This document shows, one piece after another, positions 49,353 through 50,820 of a stretch of 50,820 bases of DNA. The stretch's first letter is position 1. Every line of letters begins with the position of its first letter. The stretch comes from Candidatus Hodarchaeota archaeon (lineage in GTDB: Archaea; Asgardarchaeota; Odinarchaeia; Odinarchaeales; JBHLKK01). Both the position numbers and the translations under genes were made by a program. Below the pieces are notes generated by a model. That model ran no database searches and was not told the origin of the DNA. It saw nothing but the letters and a program-made list of their open reading frames with translations. Where the stretch lies: positions 1 to 50,820 of the forward strand of contig JBHLKK010000005.1 of NCBI GenBank assembly GCA_048886745.1, read 5' to 3'.

Positions 49353-49890
49353 CTTCCTCTGGGATTGATACCTCCATATCTAATAGTTCTTCTTCTTCCT
49401 CAGCAACCGTGCTTTGCCACGAGTAATATACTGCAATTCCTACAAAAACGATAACAAACACAACGCCCAATGGGAATAAGACTAGCCAGATCGAGCCAGT
49501 TGATCGCATCTCCACTAGCAAATCAGTTGCAACCTCATAGACTCCGTTGGCAATGACCTCGGCTTGATTTGCCAACTGCTCGGCATAAGTTTGATTAGTT
49601 CCGTAGATATTCCAAGCCTCATCAAGCAGTTCCAAAACATAGTTCAATTGTTGAACCAATTGCGTTACATTTGCTCCTGCATTATCTGCATCTAAAACCG
49701 CCTTGTAGGCGTTCTCAACAGCATCTTCAGCATCTAAAAGAGGTTGACTTACAGCAGCGAAGAGAGTTTTTGTATTATGCTCAGGAATATCACTACTAGA
49801 AATCAAGGGGAACAATAATAATCCTATGACTATCACCAAGCCAACCCGTTTCATGAAATGGCCCCCAATTGTAAGCAAATCAATACCCAA
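49330..49890 (-). CDS. Hypothetical secreted, C-terminally anchored helical protein
   Basis: Signal-like MKRVGLVIVIG, Ala-rich helices, C-terminal TM, acidic tail. Confidence 0.7.
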   Translation of the reverse strand: MGIDLLTIGGHFMKRVGLVIVIGLLLFPLISSSDIPEHNTKTLFAAVSQPLLDAEDAVENAYKAVLDADNAGANVTQLVQQLNYVLELLDEAWNIYGTNQTYAEQLANQAEVIANGVYEVATDLLVEMRSTGSIWLVLFPLGVVFVIVFVGIAVYYSWQSTVAEEEEELLDMEVSIPEEGDAGGKE

Positions 49891-50042
49891 GACTAATAAG
49901 CTTTACCGCCTCTAGGAGATTTCCTTATCTACCTTTTACCTTAAATTTACCGCTCTTAAGCATAAACTAAAAAACAGCGTTGTATCCAAGAAAGAATATG
50001 AAACAATAATACAAATCTAAAAAAAGACTGATACAAAAGGGA

Positions 50043-50678
50043 ATGCTAATGCGCATAAAAGAAAACGGGAAGTACGATAAATCAACCATAGAAGAACTAA
50101 TCTTAAGGACAATAAAGGAAAGCGAGCTTAGAACCGTAAGAGAGCTAGTCGTATACCTTAAGAAAAAATACGGAATATCTGAAGGAATAGTCCTGAATAT
50201 TGTAACAAGTATGAAAGAAAGAGACAAATTGGCCCTTCATAAGAAAGAAATACGAGCGAAGGAAGAACCTGCTTCTGATCCATCTAGTGATCATGGATTG
50301 ATTAACTACCTTCAAAGCCCCCAAGCTACCGATGTTTGGGTAGTTCTCACATTGACCGGAGCAGCAATTGTCGCCACTCTTCTCATACCTGAAGGGTTAT
50401 ACCCGGTCATAATTCTGAGATGGATGTTGGGAGCGCTTTTCGTGTTATTTCTACCTGGTTATGCATTAACAGCTGCACTCTTTCCCAAAAAAGAGTTGGA
50501 CTTCTCAGAGCAAGTTGCCATAAGTTTTGGATTAAGCTTAGTCGTAACTACCTTGCTAAGTCTCGTCTTAAACTTCACACCTTGGGGCATTGCTCTAAGT
50601 CCAATTCTGATTTGCCTTACGCTTATAACCGGAATTTCAGTGATCGTTGGGTCATACCGAAAAGCAAGTATCAAGTAA
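50043..50678 (+). CDS. DUF1616-like membrane protein
   Basis: LFVLFLPGYAL..ALFP...E.VAISFGLSL...LNFTPWGI. Confidence 0.75.
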   Translation: MLMRIKENGKYDKSTIEELILRTIKESELRTVRELVVYLKKKYGISEGIVLNIVTSMKERDKLALHKKEIRAKEEPASDPSSDHGLINYLQSPQATDVWVVLTLTGAAIVATLLIPEGLYPVIILRWMLGALFVLFLPGYALTAALFPKKELDFSEQVAISFGLSLVVTTLLSLVLNFTPWGIALSPILICLTLITGISVIVGSYRKASIK

Positions 50679-50820
50679 CCCAACACGTAAATCTCTATTC
50701 TTTCCATTAACTGAGAGACTGTTGAAAAGATATTTGTAGTACAAATAATATTATCTTAGAGTTGGGGTTTCTTTGGAGGCTGGTGCATAAATTGAAAATA
50801 CTTCAGGTGTCTGCTTTTTT

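Noticed and set aside
1-50820. CRISPR array, IS elements, selenoproteins, and many antisense ORFs in the track
   Set aside because: No periodic repeats, transposases or convincing in-frame TGA/SECIS pairs were noticed. Antisense ORFs (e.g. 12078-12698, 39794-40327) are shadows of well-identified genes.

Overview
Archaeal core-genome window of about 40% GC. The gene content (FtsZ1, SepF, RPA32-like protein, Ftr, intron-rich tRNAs) suggests an Asgard- or TACK-related lineage, but this assignment is inference. Housekeeping clusters dominate: alaS-P1-L10-L1-L11-spt5-secE-ftsZ-dtdA-argF-ftsY-pfdA-LX-eIF6-L31e-L39e-PDCD5-S19e-rpp21; nep1; ftr; egsA; psmB-aCPSF1; sepF; lsm-L37e; metG; RPA-eIF2b-DUF424-NMD3-eIF1A-RIO1-KH-topoVI B/A. 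Non-standard signals: (1) two long, highly base-paired non-coding regions (1-~328 and ~14004-14275) whose G-U wobbles indicate + strand RNAs and which lack rRNA, RNase P, SRP and group I/II intron hallmarks; (2) five tRNAs, all with BHB-type introns (8 introns, 6 at non-canonical variable-loop or T-loop sites); (3) a +1 frameshift at AAA_TTT_C in an m5C RNA methyltransferase; (4) an integron-cassette-like remnant; (5) an identical 14-bp BRE/TATA promoter found four times. No CRISPR array, rRNA or transposase was seen.
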